Shown here: piece after piece, positions 28,678-39,012 of the stretch
Layout of the letters: each line of letters starts with the position of its first letter
How positions within the stretch are numbered: position 1 is the first letter of the stretch
Assembly (NCBI GenBank): GCA_020847735.1
Contig: JADLBL010000021.1
Location: 126,059-190,058 of the forward strand
Reading direction: 5' to 3'
Length of the DNA stretch: 64,000 nt
Source: Candidatus Eiseniibacteriota bacterium
GTDB taxonomy: Bacteria; Eisenbacteria; RBG-16-71-46
Notes under the pieces: model-generated
Databases searched by the model: none
Told to the model about the DNA's origin: nothing
Seen by the model: the letters and a program-made list of their open reading frames with translations, nothing else
Program-made: the position numbers and the translations under genes

Positions 28678-30921
28678 GTGCTGATGGAACTACTTGTTCT
28701 GCTCGGCGTCGCTTCTGCAGCCTGGTTCGTCGCGATGGTCGTTCGCGAGTCTCGGCGTGGCAATGCGGAGGATGACCTGGAAGCCACGCCGCGTGAGCAT
28801 GCGGTCGAGCTCGCTGCCACGGGCTCGCGGCTTGCTCCGGCCGCCCCTGCGCGGGTCCGCAAACCGGCCCGCTGGATCCCGGCGGGGATCTCGACAGAAG
28901 TTCAGGGCTATCTCCTGCCCGGCGGACTCGTGTACGTCGGTGAGGACCTGCAGCAGGTCAGTGGATATGGACTCGAACCTGCGCTCGTTGACCCGACGCG
29001 TCCGGTCGATCGCGCAGCTCCGGATCGTATCGGCGCGGGCATGCCGTACTGGCCGACCTATGACGGACTCACGCCGCAATCCCGGGCGGCATTCCTGGAG
29101 TGGCTAGCAGGCGGACGCCGTGTCCCGGACTTCGGTATCGGATATGTCTTCCTGTTCTTCTATGGACTCGAACGACGAGTACTGCTCGATGCCTCGCGGT
29201 CCGATGAGGCGAAGGTCGATCTGCCGGCGATCCGACAGGAAGTGGCTGAACTTCTCGCGGTCTACGGCTCCAACCGTTCGTTCGAGCGCTATGCCGCCCA
29301 GCTCCTCAATGTGCTGGACGTGACCCTGGCCGGCGACCGGGAACTTGCGCCGCCGACCGCCGGACGAAGCTACGAGATGCCACTCTCGCTCCGTGTCGGT
29401 CTCGGCAGGATCATCGCCGCCGAGCGACCCATCCCGGCGAGGTGGGCGCTAGCCTGGTTGCTGCATCACCCGGAGGCCGTCCTGCGGACGCCGTCGCGGC
29501 GGTGCGCCGCCGAGTTCCAGGCGCTCTTCGCTGCCCGCTACGCCCACGAGTTCGGAGCCGGATTGATCGTCAAGGTGCCCCGATCGAAACTCGTGGCGAG
29601 CGTGCAACCGGCCAGCGCTTCCTTCGGTGGACCGATCACCATCGCGTTCGATCTCCCGGACATTGCGCGTCTCGACTCACCGCTGAGCAAGCTCCGGAAG
29701 CTGGGCGAGGCCTGCGAAGCTGACCTTGAAGCATACAGCCGTTGGGTTGGCCGCAATCCTGACGCGCCGAAGACCCTGGCCGCCGTGGCGCTCCTGCCGG
29801 CGGAACTGGTGGCAACCCACGATGGCGCCGAGGCGCGGGAGCTGTGGCGGTGGATTGGGGATCTGCTAGCGGGAACTCCGGTTGGCTTCTGCGACGGCAG
29901 AGACTTGCTTGAGCGGTGCGCATCGCTGTGGGGCGAGAAGCTCGCCAAGGCCGAGGCCGTGCTGCTGGCGCAGCTCCTACAGAAGGGAGGATACGGCCTC
30001 GAGCCGGACGTCCGATTCGGCGGCAGTGTCCTCGCCGCAGGCGACCACGTCGCGCTGTTCCAACTCGAGCCCGACGCACCGGCCGCACCGAGCGCCGGAT
30101 ACGCCGCCGCGACCATCCTGCTGCAACTCGCGGTCGCCGTCTCGGCCTCCGACGGATCGATCTCCGAACACGAACGCGATCAGCTCGAAACGCATGTTGA
30201 GCAGAGCCTGGCGCTCACTGATGCCGAACGGCGACGGCTGTCCGTCCACCTCGCCTGGCTGATGCGTTCTGATCCGCGACTGACTGGCCTCAAGAAGCGG
30301 CTCGAAACATTGGACGCTGGGCAGCGCGCTCTCGTCGCCGACTTTGTGGTCAGCATCGCTGGGGCAGACGATCGGATCGCGCCAGCCGAGGTGAAGACCA
30401 TCGGGAAGATTTTCGCGTTGCTAGGGATTCCCGAGGAGGAGGTCTACGCGCGTCTGCATTCGGTGACGACCGAGGGGCCGCGGTCGGAACCGCTGCCTGT
30501 CGTGCTGCCAGGTGCACTGAGCAGAGGGTTTGCAGTTCCGCCGCCTCCCGCACCAAGGAGTGGGCTCGCCCTGGACATGGACGCCGTGGCGGCGAAGATC
30601 GCCCAGTCCGCTTCGGTGGCAGCGGTCTTGAGTGAGATCTTCACCGATGATGCGGCCAGCTCGGCCCCGATACCCCAGGCTGATTCGACCTCGCCGAGTG
30701 GCCTCTCACCAGCGTACACTGCGCTGCTTGTGGCGCTTATTCAGCGGAACACGTGGAGCCGCGACGAGTTCGAAGGTCTGGCTGGGCAACATCAGCTGTT
30801 GCCGGATGCGGCCGTCGAGGTGCTCAACGATGCCGCTTTCGAGCGGTGCGGCAGCGCGCTCATCGAGGGGGATGACCCGCTCGAACTCGACCTGAGCGTG
30901 GCGAAGGAGTGCTTGGCGTGA
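28678..30921 (+). CDS. Large TerB-domain-containing protein (TerB-N/TerB/TerB-C-like architecture), N-terminal TM helix
   Basis: TerB-like acidic motifs VSASDGSISEHERDQLETHV and IAGADDRIAPAEVKTIGKIF; N-terminal hydrophobic helix; first gene of a 3-gene same-strand module. Confidence 0.5.
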   Translation: MLMELLVLLGVASAAWFVAMVVRESRRGNAEDDLEATPREHAVELAATGSRLAPAAPARVRKPARWIPAGISTEVQGYLLPGGLVYVGEDLQQVSGYGLEPALVDPTRPVDRAAPDRIGAGMPYWPTYDGLTPQSRAAFLEWLAGGRRVPDFGIGYVFLFFYGLERRVLLDASRSDEAKVDLPAIRQEVAELLAVYGSNRSFERYAAQLLNVLDVTLAGDRELAPPTAGRSYEMPLSLRVGLGRIIAAERPIPARWALAWLLHHPEAVLRTPSRRCAAEFQALFAARYAHEFGAGLIVKVPRSKLVASVQPASASFGGPITIAFDLPDIARLDSPLSKLRKLGEACEADLEAYSRWVGRNPDAPKTLAAVALLPAELVATHDGAEARELWRWIGDLLAGTPVGFCDGRDLLERCASLWGEKLAKAEAVLLAQLLQKGGYGLEPDVRFGGSVLAAGDHVALFQLEPDAPAAPSAGYAAATILLQLAVAVSASDGSISEHERDQLETHVEQSLALTDAERRRLSVHLAWLMRSDPRLTGLKKRLETLDAGQRALVADFVVSIAGADDRIAPAEVKTIGKIFALLGIPEEEVYARLHSVTTEGPRSEPLPVVLPGALSRGFAVPPPPAPRSGLALDMDAVAAKIAQSASVAAVLSEIFTDDAASSAPIPQADSTSPSGLSPAYTALLVALIQRNTWSRDEFEGLAGQHQLLPDAAVEVLNDAAFERCGSALIEGDDPLELDLSVAKECLA

Positions 30922-32267
30922 CGAATGGGTCCATCCGACCGCGTGAGCGTGATGCCATCCTGCAGTCGTTGCGGGCAGGCGTCGTGCCGCGCCTGGGCTT
31001 GCAGCACATCCAGGTCGGACGTGCGAGCGAAGTGACCGCCCTGATCGACGACCTCGACCGCCTCTCCGATGGTGGTTCCGCCATTCGCTTCGTCATTGGT
31101 GAGTTCGGGTCGGGCAAGACTTTCTTCCTGAGCTTGGTGCGGACGATCGCGCTCGAAAAGAAGTTCGTCGCCGCCCAGGCGGATCTGACGCCTGATCGGC
31201 GTCTCCACGCGACCGGCGGACAGGCCCGTGCGCTCTACCAGGAATTGGTCCGCAACTTCGCGACCCGCTCCAAGCCGGAAGGCGGGGCCTTGCCGGCCGT
31301 GGTTGAACGCTTCGTCGCCTCGGCGATTGAGCGAGCGACGACGCAAGGTGTGAAGCCGGAGGCCGTCATCCGGGAACGCCTGGCCTCGCTGTCCGAGATG
31401 GTCAATGGCTACGACTTCGCCAACGTCATCGCCGCATACTGGTCGGGTCACGACAGCGGGAACGAGGCCCTACAGGCGGATGCCATTCGATGGTTGCGCG
31501 GCGAGTTCAGTACGCGCACGGATGCGCGCGCGGCGCTCGGCGTGCGTACGATCGTCGATGACGCCACCGTCTACGATCAACTCAAGCTCCTGGCTCGCTT
31601 CGTTCGGCTGGCCGGGTTTGCCGGGCTCCTCGTGTGCTGGGATGAGCTCGTCAACCTCTACAAGCTGGCCAACACGCGCGCCCGGAACACCAACTACGAA
31701 CAGATCCTGCGCATCCTCAACGACTCGCTGCAGGGATCGGCGGAAGGCATGGGCGTGCTGCTGGGCGGCACGCCAGAGTTCCTGCTTGATCCGCGGCGCG
31801 GGCTCTATAGCTACCCGGCCCTGCAGTCCCGGCTGGGCGAGAACCGCTTCGCGACGAATGGGCTGATCGATTATTCGGGACCGGTCATGCGTCTGGCGAA
31901 CCTCAGTCCGGAGGACCTCTACGTGCTGCTGACCAAACTGCGGCACGTCTACGCGGCGGGCGATCCAGCCAGCTACGCCGTACCCGACGAAGCCATCAAG
32001 GCGTTTATGCTTCACTGCTCCCAGCGGATCGGCGACGCGTATTTCCGCACGCCACGAAACACCGTGACGGCGTTCATCAACCTCCTCGCGATTCTGGAGC
32101 AGAACCCCGCCGCTTCCTGGCAGCAGCTCCTCGGTGGGATCGAAGTACAGCCGGAGTCGAACCCGGACCTGGCACCGCTTGAGGACGAGACGGCTGACGA
32201 GGCCCCGAGCCCCATCACGGGCAGTCCGGCCGACGGCGATGACGACCTCGCCTCCTTCAAGCTCTGA
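30909..32267 (+). CDS. BrxD-like P-loop ATPase (DUF2791-type)
   Basis: Walker A IGEFGSGKTFF, Walker B LLVCWDEL; 13-nt overlap with upstream gene. Confidence 0.6.
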   Translation: MLGVTNGSIRPRERDAILQSLRAGVVPRLGLQHIQVGRASEVTALIDDLDRLSDGGSAIRFVIGEFGSGKTFFLSLVRTIALEKKFVAAQADLTPDRRLHATGGQARALYQELVRNFATRSKPEGGALPAVVERFVASAIERATTQGVKPEAVIRERLASLSEMVNGYDFANVIAAYWSGHDSGNEALQADAIRWLRGEFSTRTDARAALGVRTIVDDATVYDQLKLLARFVRLAGFAGLLVCWDELVNLYKLANTRARNTNYEQILRILNDSLQGSAEGMGVLLGGTPEFLLDPRRGLYSYPALQSRLGENRFATNGLIDYSGPVMRLANLSPEDLYVLLTKLRHVYAAGDPASYAVPDEAIKAFMLHCSQRIGDAYFRTPRNTVTAFINLLAILEQNPAASWQQLLGGIEVQPESNPDLAPLEDETADEAPSPITGSPADGDDDLASFKL

Positions 32268-34473
32268 GGGCGAAAGGCCGTCGTCCGCCTTTGGCCGGCT
32301 CCATCCGCTCATCCAGCGTTGGGTCTGGGACCAGGGCTGGACGGATCTTCGGGAGATTCAAGAGCGAGCCGTTGCTCCGATCCTACGTGGCGACTGCGAC
32401 GTCCTGATCGCCGCGGCCACGGCTGGAGGCAAGACCGAGGCCGCCTTCCTGCCGCTCCTCTCTCGCGTGCTGACGACCGCCGACCGCGCCGGCGTGCGAG
32501 TGCTCTGCGTCAGTCCGCTCAAGGCCCTCATCAACGACCAGTTCGGACGTCTCGAGCTGCTGTGCGAACGGCTCCAGGTCCCGGTGCACCGCTGGCACGG
32601 CGACGTCGCCTCGACCGCCAAGCGTCGCCTGCTCGCGGACCCGACGGGGATACTATTCATTACGCCGGAGTCCCTCGAAGCGCTGTTCGTGCTTCGCGGC
32701 ACGGCCCTGCCCGCGCTCTTTGCGGGCCTCGAGCGTGTGATCGTTGACGAACTCCATGCCTTCATCGGCAGCGAGCGCGGGCAGCAACTCCAGTCTCTGC
32801 TGTCGCGGCTTGAGCTGGTGCTGCGTCGCCGCGTCCCGCGCGTTGGCCTGAGCGCCACGCTCGGCGACATGCATCTGGCAGCCGCATTCCTCCGGCCGGG
32901 TCGAGAGCTGCCCTGCGAGACACTCGTTTCAAGCGAGCGCGATCACGAGGTCAGGCTCCAGATTCGTGGCTATCGCGTGGATCCATCCGATCCAAGCGGG
33001 CAGCCCGAGGGGTTCCCCATCGACCTTGTCGAAGCCGCCGGCGTCGATAGGGTGGCGGAGCATTTGTTCGGCAAGCTGCGCGGCTCGGACAACCTCATCT
33101 TCGCCAACAGCCGTCGCCGCGTGGAGGTGCTCGCGGACCGCCTGCGCCGGCTGAGCGAGGCGGCACACGTGCCGAACGAATTCTGGCCGCACCACGGCAG
33201 CCTGGCGCGGGAGTTACGCGACCACGCCGAAACCGCCCTCAAGGACCCGGCCATCCCAGCCTCGGTGGTGTGCACGACCACCCTCGAGATGGGCATCGAC
33301 ATCGGCACGGTGGAGATGATCGCCCAGGTGGGTGTGCCGCCGTCGGTGGCGGCGTTGCGCCAACGGCTTGGCCGATCGGGCCGGCGCGGCCAGCCCTCGG
33401 TCATGCGCATCTATGTCGAGGAGCCGAAGCTGTCCCCGGACAGCCCGCCCCAGGATCAGCTCCGCACGGAACTCGTGCAGGCCGTGGCCATGGTCCGACT
33501 GCTCGTGGCGGGATGGTGCGAACCGCCGAGCATCGGCGCCCTCCACCTCTCCACGCTTGTCCAGCAGGTCTTGTCCCTGATTGCTCAGTACGGCGGGTGC
33601 GGGGCCGCCGACGCCTGGCGGATCCTGTGCCGTGACGGTGCTTTTCGAAGAGTGGACCAGGCGACCTTCGCCGCGCTCCTGCGGGACCTTGGACAGCACG
33701 ATCTGATCGTCCAGGCCACCGACCACACGCTACTGCTGGGTGGGCGTGGCGAACAGCTAGTCAACCACTACAGCTTCTACTCCGCATTCGTGACCGAGGA
33801 GGAGTACCGGCTCGAATCGGGTGGCAAGGCGCTCGGTAGCATTCCGATCTCGCATCCGCTTACCGAGGAGAGCTACGTCATCTTCGCCGGCCGTCGCTGG
33901 CATGTCGTACACATCGACATCGAGCGGAAGGTCATCGAGCTCGCCCCGGCCCCGGCGGGCCGTGCCCCGCAGTTCACCGGGTCCGGCGTGGAAGTGCACG
34001 GACGCATTCGCGAAGAGATGAAGGCCATCTACTCCTCGAGCGACACGCCGACCTTTCTCGACCCGAGCGCGGCAGAGCTGCTGCGGGAAGGGCGAGCGGC
34101 GTTTCTGCGCTACAAGCTCGACCGCACGAGCTTCGTAGAGTACGAGAGCAACGTGGCGTTCTTCCCGTGGGCCGACGACATCGTCGTCAATACGATCGTC
34201 GTCATGCTCCGAAAGCTTCAGCTGCCGGTTGCTCGCGATGGCATTGCCGTGATCGTCAGCGGGATTGGCAGAGATGAGCTTGTGCGGAAGCTCGCACGCA
34301 CAACTACGATTGCAGATCCGCAATTACTGGCAAGAGCCGTGGTGAATAAGCGCTCCGAGAAGTACCACCCGTTTCTCGGGGACGAACTGCTGGCGCTCGA
34401 CCACGCGAGTAGCAAACTCGATGTCCCCGCCGCCCGGCGGGTGATCGATCATCTCACGCATTACGCACCCTGA
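32239..34473 (+). CDS. Lhr-like DEXH-box helicase (BrxHI-like)
   Basis: Motif I AATAGGKTEAA, Ia VSPLKALINDQ, II VDELH; Lhr-type C-terminal extension; start chosen at in-frame ATG 32239 (MTTSPPSS). Confidence 0.75.
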   Translation: MTTSPPSSSEGERPSSAFGRLHPLIQRWVWDQGWTDLREIQERAVAPILRGDCDVLIAAATAGGKTEAAFLPLLSRVLTTADRAGVRVLCVSPLKALINDQFGRLELLCERLQVPVHRWHGDVASTAKRRLLADPTGILFITPESLEALFVLRGTALPALFAGLERVIVDELHAFIGSERGQQLQSLLSRLELVLRRRVPRVGLSATLGDMHLAAAFLRPGRELPCETLVSSERDHEVRLQIRGYRVDPSDPSGQPEGFPIDLVEAAGVDRVAEHLFGKLRGSDNLIFANSRRRVEVLADRLRRLSEAAHVPNEFWPHHGSLARELRDHAETALKDPAIPASVVCTTTLEMGIDIGTVEMIAQVGVPPSVAALRQRLGRSGRRGQPSVMRIYVEEPKLSPDSPPQDQLRTELVQAVAMVRLLVAGWCEPPSIGALHLSTLVQQVLSLIAQYGGCGAADAWRILCRDGAFRRVDQATFAALLRDLGQHDLIVQATDHTLLLGGRGEQLVNHYSFYSAFVTEEEYRLESGGKALGSIPISHPLTEESYVIFAGRRWHVVHIDIERKVIELAPAPAGRAPQFTGSGVEVHGRIREEMKAIYSSSDTPTFLDPSAAELLREGRAAFLRYKLDRTSFVEYESNVAFFPWADDIVVNTIVVMLRKLQLPVARDGIAVIVSGIGRDELVRKLARTTTIADPQLLARAVVNKRSEKYHPFLGDELLALDHASSKLDVPAARRVIDHLTHYAP

Positions 34474-34735
34474 CGGGGCAGGCGACGCGTAGCGCCCGAG
34501 ATGCCGTCGGCTCGCAGGCCGCGACCCAACCACACGTTGCCCACACTTCCGCTCGATTCACCGACGTGCCCCCGGTGAAGGTACCAGCCCCTACGTGAGT
34601 CCGATCGCCCCGGTACGGGACGTGTGAGTCCGCCACAGGCTGAGTCGGGCCGCAGCGCCGTCGATGCTAGACGTGTCTCCTATGATGACCTATCGTCCGA
34701 CACGGGCCACATCCAATCCCCCGGAGGAAACACCC

Positions 34736-35212
34736 ATGGCCACGGAAGCCACGCAGGAAGCGGCGAAGTCGACGTCCACCAACTCGGCGAAGCGTTCGGG
34801 TCGCAAGGCGGCTCCGGCAGATGCACGCAAGAAGCCAGCGCCGAAGAAGGCGTCGAGGAAGGCAACAGCCAAGCGAGCCCGCCGCAAGCAGTCCAGCGCC
34901 GGCGAGCGGCAGCGCATCCTGGCGACGGCGGAACGCGAAGGGCTGACCGCGCTGCAGGTCCAGAAGCGCTTCGGCGTGAAGCCGGTGACGTACTACTCGT
35001 GGCGGAAGAAGGTCGGGTTGAAGGGGCGGCGCGGCCGGAAGCCGGCGAAGTCGGGACGGCCCGGGGCGGGCGCAGGTCTCCTTCGTGGGCCTGACCTCGC
35101 TGGACAGGTTCGGCAGGCGCTGCGGGCGGAGATCGCCCGGATGCTGCCGGAGCTGATCCGGAGCGAAGTCGAGGGAATGATCGGCGGGACGGGCGGTCGG
35201 CGCCGGAAGTGA
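34736..35212 (+). CDS. Lys/Ala-rich (histone H1-like) DNA-binding protein with transposase-type HTH
   Basis: KA-rich N-term (KKPAPKKASRKATAKRARRK); HTH ERQRILATAEREGLTALQVQKRFGVKPVTYYSW resembles IS3-OrfA-type HTH; GGAGGAAACACCC-ATG RBS; pseudogene copy at 28174-28395. Confidence 0.55.
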   Translation: MATEATQEAAKSTSTNSAKRSGRKAAPADARKKPAPKKASRKATAKRARRKQSSAGERQRILATAEREGLTALQVQKRFGVKPVTYYSWRKKVGLKGRRGRKPAKSGRPGAGAGLLRGPDLAGQVRQALRAEIARMLPELIRSEVEGMIGGTGGRRRK

Positions 35213-35224
35213 CCGAGGGCGAGA

Positions 35225-36100
35225 GTGTCGACAGACAAGTTGAATTTGGCCAGCGTGGACGGTTGGGATTCGACACCCGTCGAGTCTGCTGAAGCACTGC
35301 TTTCCGCACTACTCGAACTTCGCGGAAGGCGCTGGCTGTTCCGAGGGCAGTCGCGACCGCACGGCACCATCTTCCCCTCGATCGACCGCTGCCCGATGGA
35401 GAAGTTCGAGCGCGTCCAGAAGCTCGCTCTCGAGCGTCAGAGCATCGACACCTTCCGCTCCGCCGCGAAGGTGTTCGGCCACCCCGGAGAAGAAGTCGCG
35501 CGCGTGGACGACATCATTGCCCTCGCGGTCCTGCGTCACTACGGCACCCGCACGCGGCTGCTCGACTGGTCGCGATCACCCCACGTCGCTGCGTTCTTCG
35601 CGGCATGCTCGAACCTGGATGCTGACGGCGAGGTTTGGGCGTTCGATGAACCTCTTTACGAACCCGAAGGGCATAAACAGTGGCAGAAGTGGCCAGAGTG
35701 CACGGTCGACGGTGACGGGCAGACGTTCCAGGCACACCTCACCGCGTTTCTCGCGGAGGAGCCGCCCGACTGGTTCATCTGCGTTTTCTACGATCACCTG
35801 TTGGCACCACAGCTCAACGCTTTCCCACGGCAGGTTGCCCAAAGCGGTGCCTATTCCATGACCGCGCGCTTCGGCCAGGACCACGCAGTCCACATCGCCC
35901 GACTTCTCGGCGACGACTCTCACTGCAAGCGGTTCGTGCTACCAGCCCAGCAAAAGCCGGATGTGTTGCGCCAGCTACTCGAAAAGCACGGGATCTGGCG
36001 CGGGGCTTTGTATCCCGATGCTGCCGGAGCTGCCGAGACCGCAGGTGCACTATTCCCGCGCTGCCCGACCATGTGCGCACCCCACGAGCGGAAGCAGTAA
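35225..36100 (+). CDS. FRG domain-containing protein
   Basis: RWLFRGQS motif characteristic of FRG domain; GTG start. Confidence 0.6.
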   Translation: MSTDKLNLASVDGWDSTPVESAEALLSALLELRGRRWLFRGQSRPHGTIFPSIDRCPMEKFERVQKLALERQSIDTFRSAAKVFGHPGEEVARVDDIIALAVLRHYGTRTRLLDWSRSPHVAAFFAACSNLDADGEVWAFDEPLYEPEGHKQWQKWPECTVDGDGQTFQAHLTAFLAEEPPDWFICVFYDHLLAPQLNAFPRQVAQSGAYSMTARFGQDHAVHIARLLGDDSHCKRFVLPAQQKPDVLRQLLEKHGIWRGALYPDAAGAAETAGALFPRCPTMCAPHERKQ

Positions 36101-36134
36101 TCCGTCCCGTGGACGGAGGACCGAGGCCTGACCA

Positions 36135-36869
36135 ATGAAGTACCGAGATGGGCGAGTTCAGAAGTTCCATGTCGTGGACGAGAAGTTCCAAGAGGCCGAC
36201 TTCTTCTTCGAGAGGTTCGCGTCCCCAAAGGAGAGCACTCAAGAGCGTCGCTTCTTCCTCAGCGCATTCGCGTCGGCCGCTCGGAGCGTCACCTTCTGCG
36301 TTAAGTGGGCGATGACTGGTATCCCCGGTTTCGATGAGTGGTATGAGCCTTGGCAGCGGCGGTTTCGTGACAACCCCGCAGCCAGGTACTTCCAAGGACT
36401 TCGGAACGAAACGCAGAAGCGTGGTTCGAACCCGGCGTATCGCTGGCTCTTCGATGACGACACGGCAACCGACGAGCTGTTTGCATTCCACATGTACGGC
36501 GAGCCGGATGCTCCCGCCCCAACGAGCGACCTCGCGAGTGCCGCTCGCGAATACATGCGGCTGATCGCCGAGTTGCTGTTCGAGGCCTACTCGAAGTTCG
36601 GTCACTTCATTGACCGCGACGTCGCGTGGACCGTGGAGGGCGCGGCCCGAGCGGGAATCACGGTCGACGAGATCACAAGACAGGCCCACGGGATCGTCTA
36701 CGGTCGCGGGAGTGACGAGGAACGCCTCGCCCGCGCTCGCCGCAATGACTTCGGATCCCAGATCGATGGCCTCCTCCTGAAGTGGCTCGGACATGATCGG
36801 TTCGGCTCCCCGGCTGCGCGAGCATCGAGACCAGGCAGCGCCATGCGAGGCTCACGAACGAGGCGGTGA
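36135..36869 (+). CDS. Hypothetical protein
   Basis: 244-aa ORF following FRG gene; no motifs recognised. Confidence 0.5.
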   Translation: MKYRDGRVQKFHVVDEKFQEADFFFERFASPKESTQERRFFLSAFASAARSVTFCVKWAMTGIPGFDEWYEPWQRRFRDNPAARYFQGLRNETQKRGSNPAYRWLFDDDTATDELFAFHMYGEPDAPAPTSDLASAAREYMRLIAELLFEAYSKFGHFIDRDVAWTVEGAARAGITVDEITRQAHGIVYGRGSDEERLARARRNDFGSQIDGLLLKWLGHDRFGSPAARASRPGSAMRGSRTRR

Positions 36870-37324
36870 TGCCGCAGGCGGCCAAGTTCAGAGGGCGGAG
36901 GACGGCAAGTGCAGCCAACTAGCAGAGAGGCACAAGCAGTGCGAGACGCGTTCGACGACGTTCGTAGGGCGTTCAAGCGGCTTGAGGACGGTCGGACGCT
37001 GAAGCAGGACATCTACGTGCAGGAGGGGATCGAGAGACTCAAGCGTGCGCTTCGCGACTTGGAGGATGCGGTCGATCAGCTTCGTTAGCTGGCATGCGAC
37101 CGTAGCCACCAGCGCAATCATGCCCACGCGGACCATTGCGGCGAGTGCCACCGTGACCCCACGCAATCCGAAGTCGCACAAGTGAGTTGCCCGCCCGCCG
37201 CATCGAGGGATGTAGAGCGTGAGCGAGTGTTCCGTAGGCCGATGTCACCAACGCGCCCGATCGGCGCTCCCACTCGCGGACTGAGAGCCAAACGTGCAGA
37301 TACCGCATTCCACGGAGCGACGCC

Positions 37325-38281
37325 GTGCCGACCGACGCCCATCCCAACATCCTCGACCGCGAGATCGCCGTCAGCCATTCAAAGCCGGCGAGTGAGAGCG
37401 CGGCCCAGCTGATTCACGAGATAACCAACTTCGGCACGCAGATCCTGCAGCGCTCGCAGGTCGCGACGATGCAGGACGCGGAGGCGAGTTTCGCTCCCCT
37501 CGCGCTCTACCGGCACATGCTGGAGTTGACGGACGCGGTCGAAGTGCTGGTCAGGAACAGCTGCGTCGTACCAGCGGCGCCCTTGGTGCGGGCGAGCTTC
37601 GAAGCCCTGCTGGCCCTCGCCTTCATCCACCAGGATGACGCCGCGTTCCGCAGTCGGTCGTTGGCGTGGTCGTACATGGACGCAGTGCAGCGCGTGCGCT
37701 CACTCGAACGATGGGTGCCGGGGTCTGCCTTACATTCCGAGTTCGAGCGCGAACGGCAGCAGGATCCGTTCAAGGACTTGCTCGGGAATCCCGAGCCGGA
37801 GCGTCTGACGAGAGAACTGCAGATGGCCCGAGCCATGCGGGACGAACCGAGCTTTGCTCCCTGCGCGGCCGAGCTCGAGCGTATGCGACGCGCAGGCAGG
37901 CGTGGAACTCCGCCGTGGTACGCCCTCTTCGATGGACCCGGGTCGCTCAAGGAACTCGCCGAACGTGTTGGACTCCTGATGCACTACCGTTTCCAGTATC
38001 GGCACTGGTCCAAGTTCGTGCACGCGGCGGACCCGTCGCAGTACGTGGACGCGATGCCGGACGGGCGGGTGGGTGTCCGCCCGCTCCGGCAGGCGAACGA
38101 GGTCCTGAACATCACGCAGAGCGCGGCCAACCATGCGATTCACGCGATGTGGCTCACAATCCGGAGGCTCTGCCCGCAGGAGAATCCCGCCGCCCGAGAG
38201 TGGTACGCGCGCGAAGTGAGGCCGTCCCTCGTTGCGTTGAGACAAGCGCTTCGGGCGTCACGACGCTGGTCCAAGCCCTGA
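37325..38281 (+). CDS. Hypothetical protein
   Basis: 318-aa ORF; no motifs recognised. Confidence 0.5.
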   Translation: MPTDAHPNILDREIAVSHSKPASESAAQLIHEITNFGTQILQRSQVATMQDAEASFAPLALYRHMLELTDAVEVLVRNSCVVPAAPLVRASFEALLALAFIHQDDAAFRSRSLAWSYMDAVQRVRSLERWVPGSALHSEFERERQQDPFKDLLGNPEPERLTRELQMARAMRDEPSFAPCAAELERMRRAGRRGTPPWYALFDGPGSLKELAERVGLLMHYRFQYRHWSKFVHAADPSQYVDAMPDGRVGVRPLRQANEVLNITQSAANHAIHAMWLTIRRLCPQENPAAREWYAREVRPSLVALRQALRASRRWSKP

Positions 38282-38599
38282 GCCGGTCGGCTGCCCACGC
38301 GCCCTCGACGGCCGGTACGGCACGCGCCTGATCGTGCTCGCCAACGCCCGATTCGTCGCCAGGTAGTCCGCCGGCGCCGGCGGGTTCCGCCGGATCCGGT
38401 GCGCGAGCCACGGGGTCGCCGCCCAGGCGGGGAGCTTCGCGCGGAACCCGACCTCGTGGTCGTAGAAGTCGATCTGGCGCGCGAGACGCTCCTGCGCGTA
38501 CTTGCGCAGGTACAGCAGGGCCGTCCGGCCCCTAACGCCGCGCTCGATCAGGGCGTCGAGCAGCAGCAGGGATCTTCGGCTGAGGCGGGGGGTGTGCAT
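38258..38599 (-). CDS. Hypothetical protein
   Basis: ORF from MHTPRLSRRSL; divergent from XRE regulator gene. Confidence 0.3.
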   Translation of the reverse strand: MHTPRLSRRSLLLLDALIERGVRGRTALLYLRKYAQERLARQIDFYDHEVGFRAKLPAWAATPWLAHRIRRNPPAPADYLATNRALASTIRRVPYRPSRARGQPTGSGLGPAS

Positions 38600-38733
38600 A
38601 AGGTGTGGGCGTATGAAACGGCACCTTATCAGGACCGCCGGTGCTGTAAAGCAGTGGTTATCCACAGCCATGCGCGCCAGTGCGTGAGTTCCACCCCCTG
38701 TCCGGCGCCGCTTCGGGTGAGTATCATGGCGCT

Positions 38734-39012
38734 ATGCCGCCGCAACGCTCCCCGCGGTTCCCCCGAGTTCCACCCAAGACCCCGAACGAGATCCGGGCGT
38801 ACCGGCTCAGGCTGAACCTCACCCAGCGGGACGTGGCGGCGCTCCTCGGCATCCGCCCGAGCACCGTGTCCACGTGGGAGCGGGGCCTCGCCTGCCCGGC
38901 AGGCCCGGCGCTCCTGGGCCTGGCCAAGGCGCTGAACACCCTGGCCGAGGCCCTCTACCCGCAGTTCTACCGCCGACGCGAGGACGCCACGCCGGTCGCT
39001 GCACGGCCGTGA
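38734..39012 (+). CDS. XRE-family HTH transcriptional regulator (phage cI/Cro-like)
   Basis: IRAYRLRLNLTQRDVAALLGIRPSTVSTWERG helix-turn-helix. Confidence 0.65.
   Translation: MPPQRSPRFPRVPPKTPNEIRAYRLRLNLTQRDVAALLGIRPSTVSTWERGLACPAGPALLGLAKALNTLAEALYPQFYRRREDATPVAARP

Noticed and set aside
38658-38666. Perfect DnaA box TTATCCACA
   Set aside because: Single isolated copy inside an intergenic region of a phage-like block; no cluster of boxes or AT-rich unwinding element, so not evidence of an origin.
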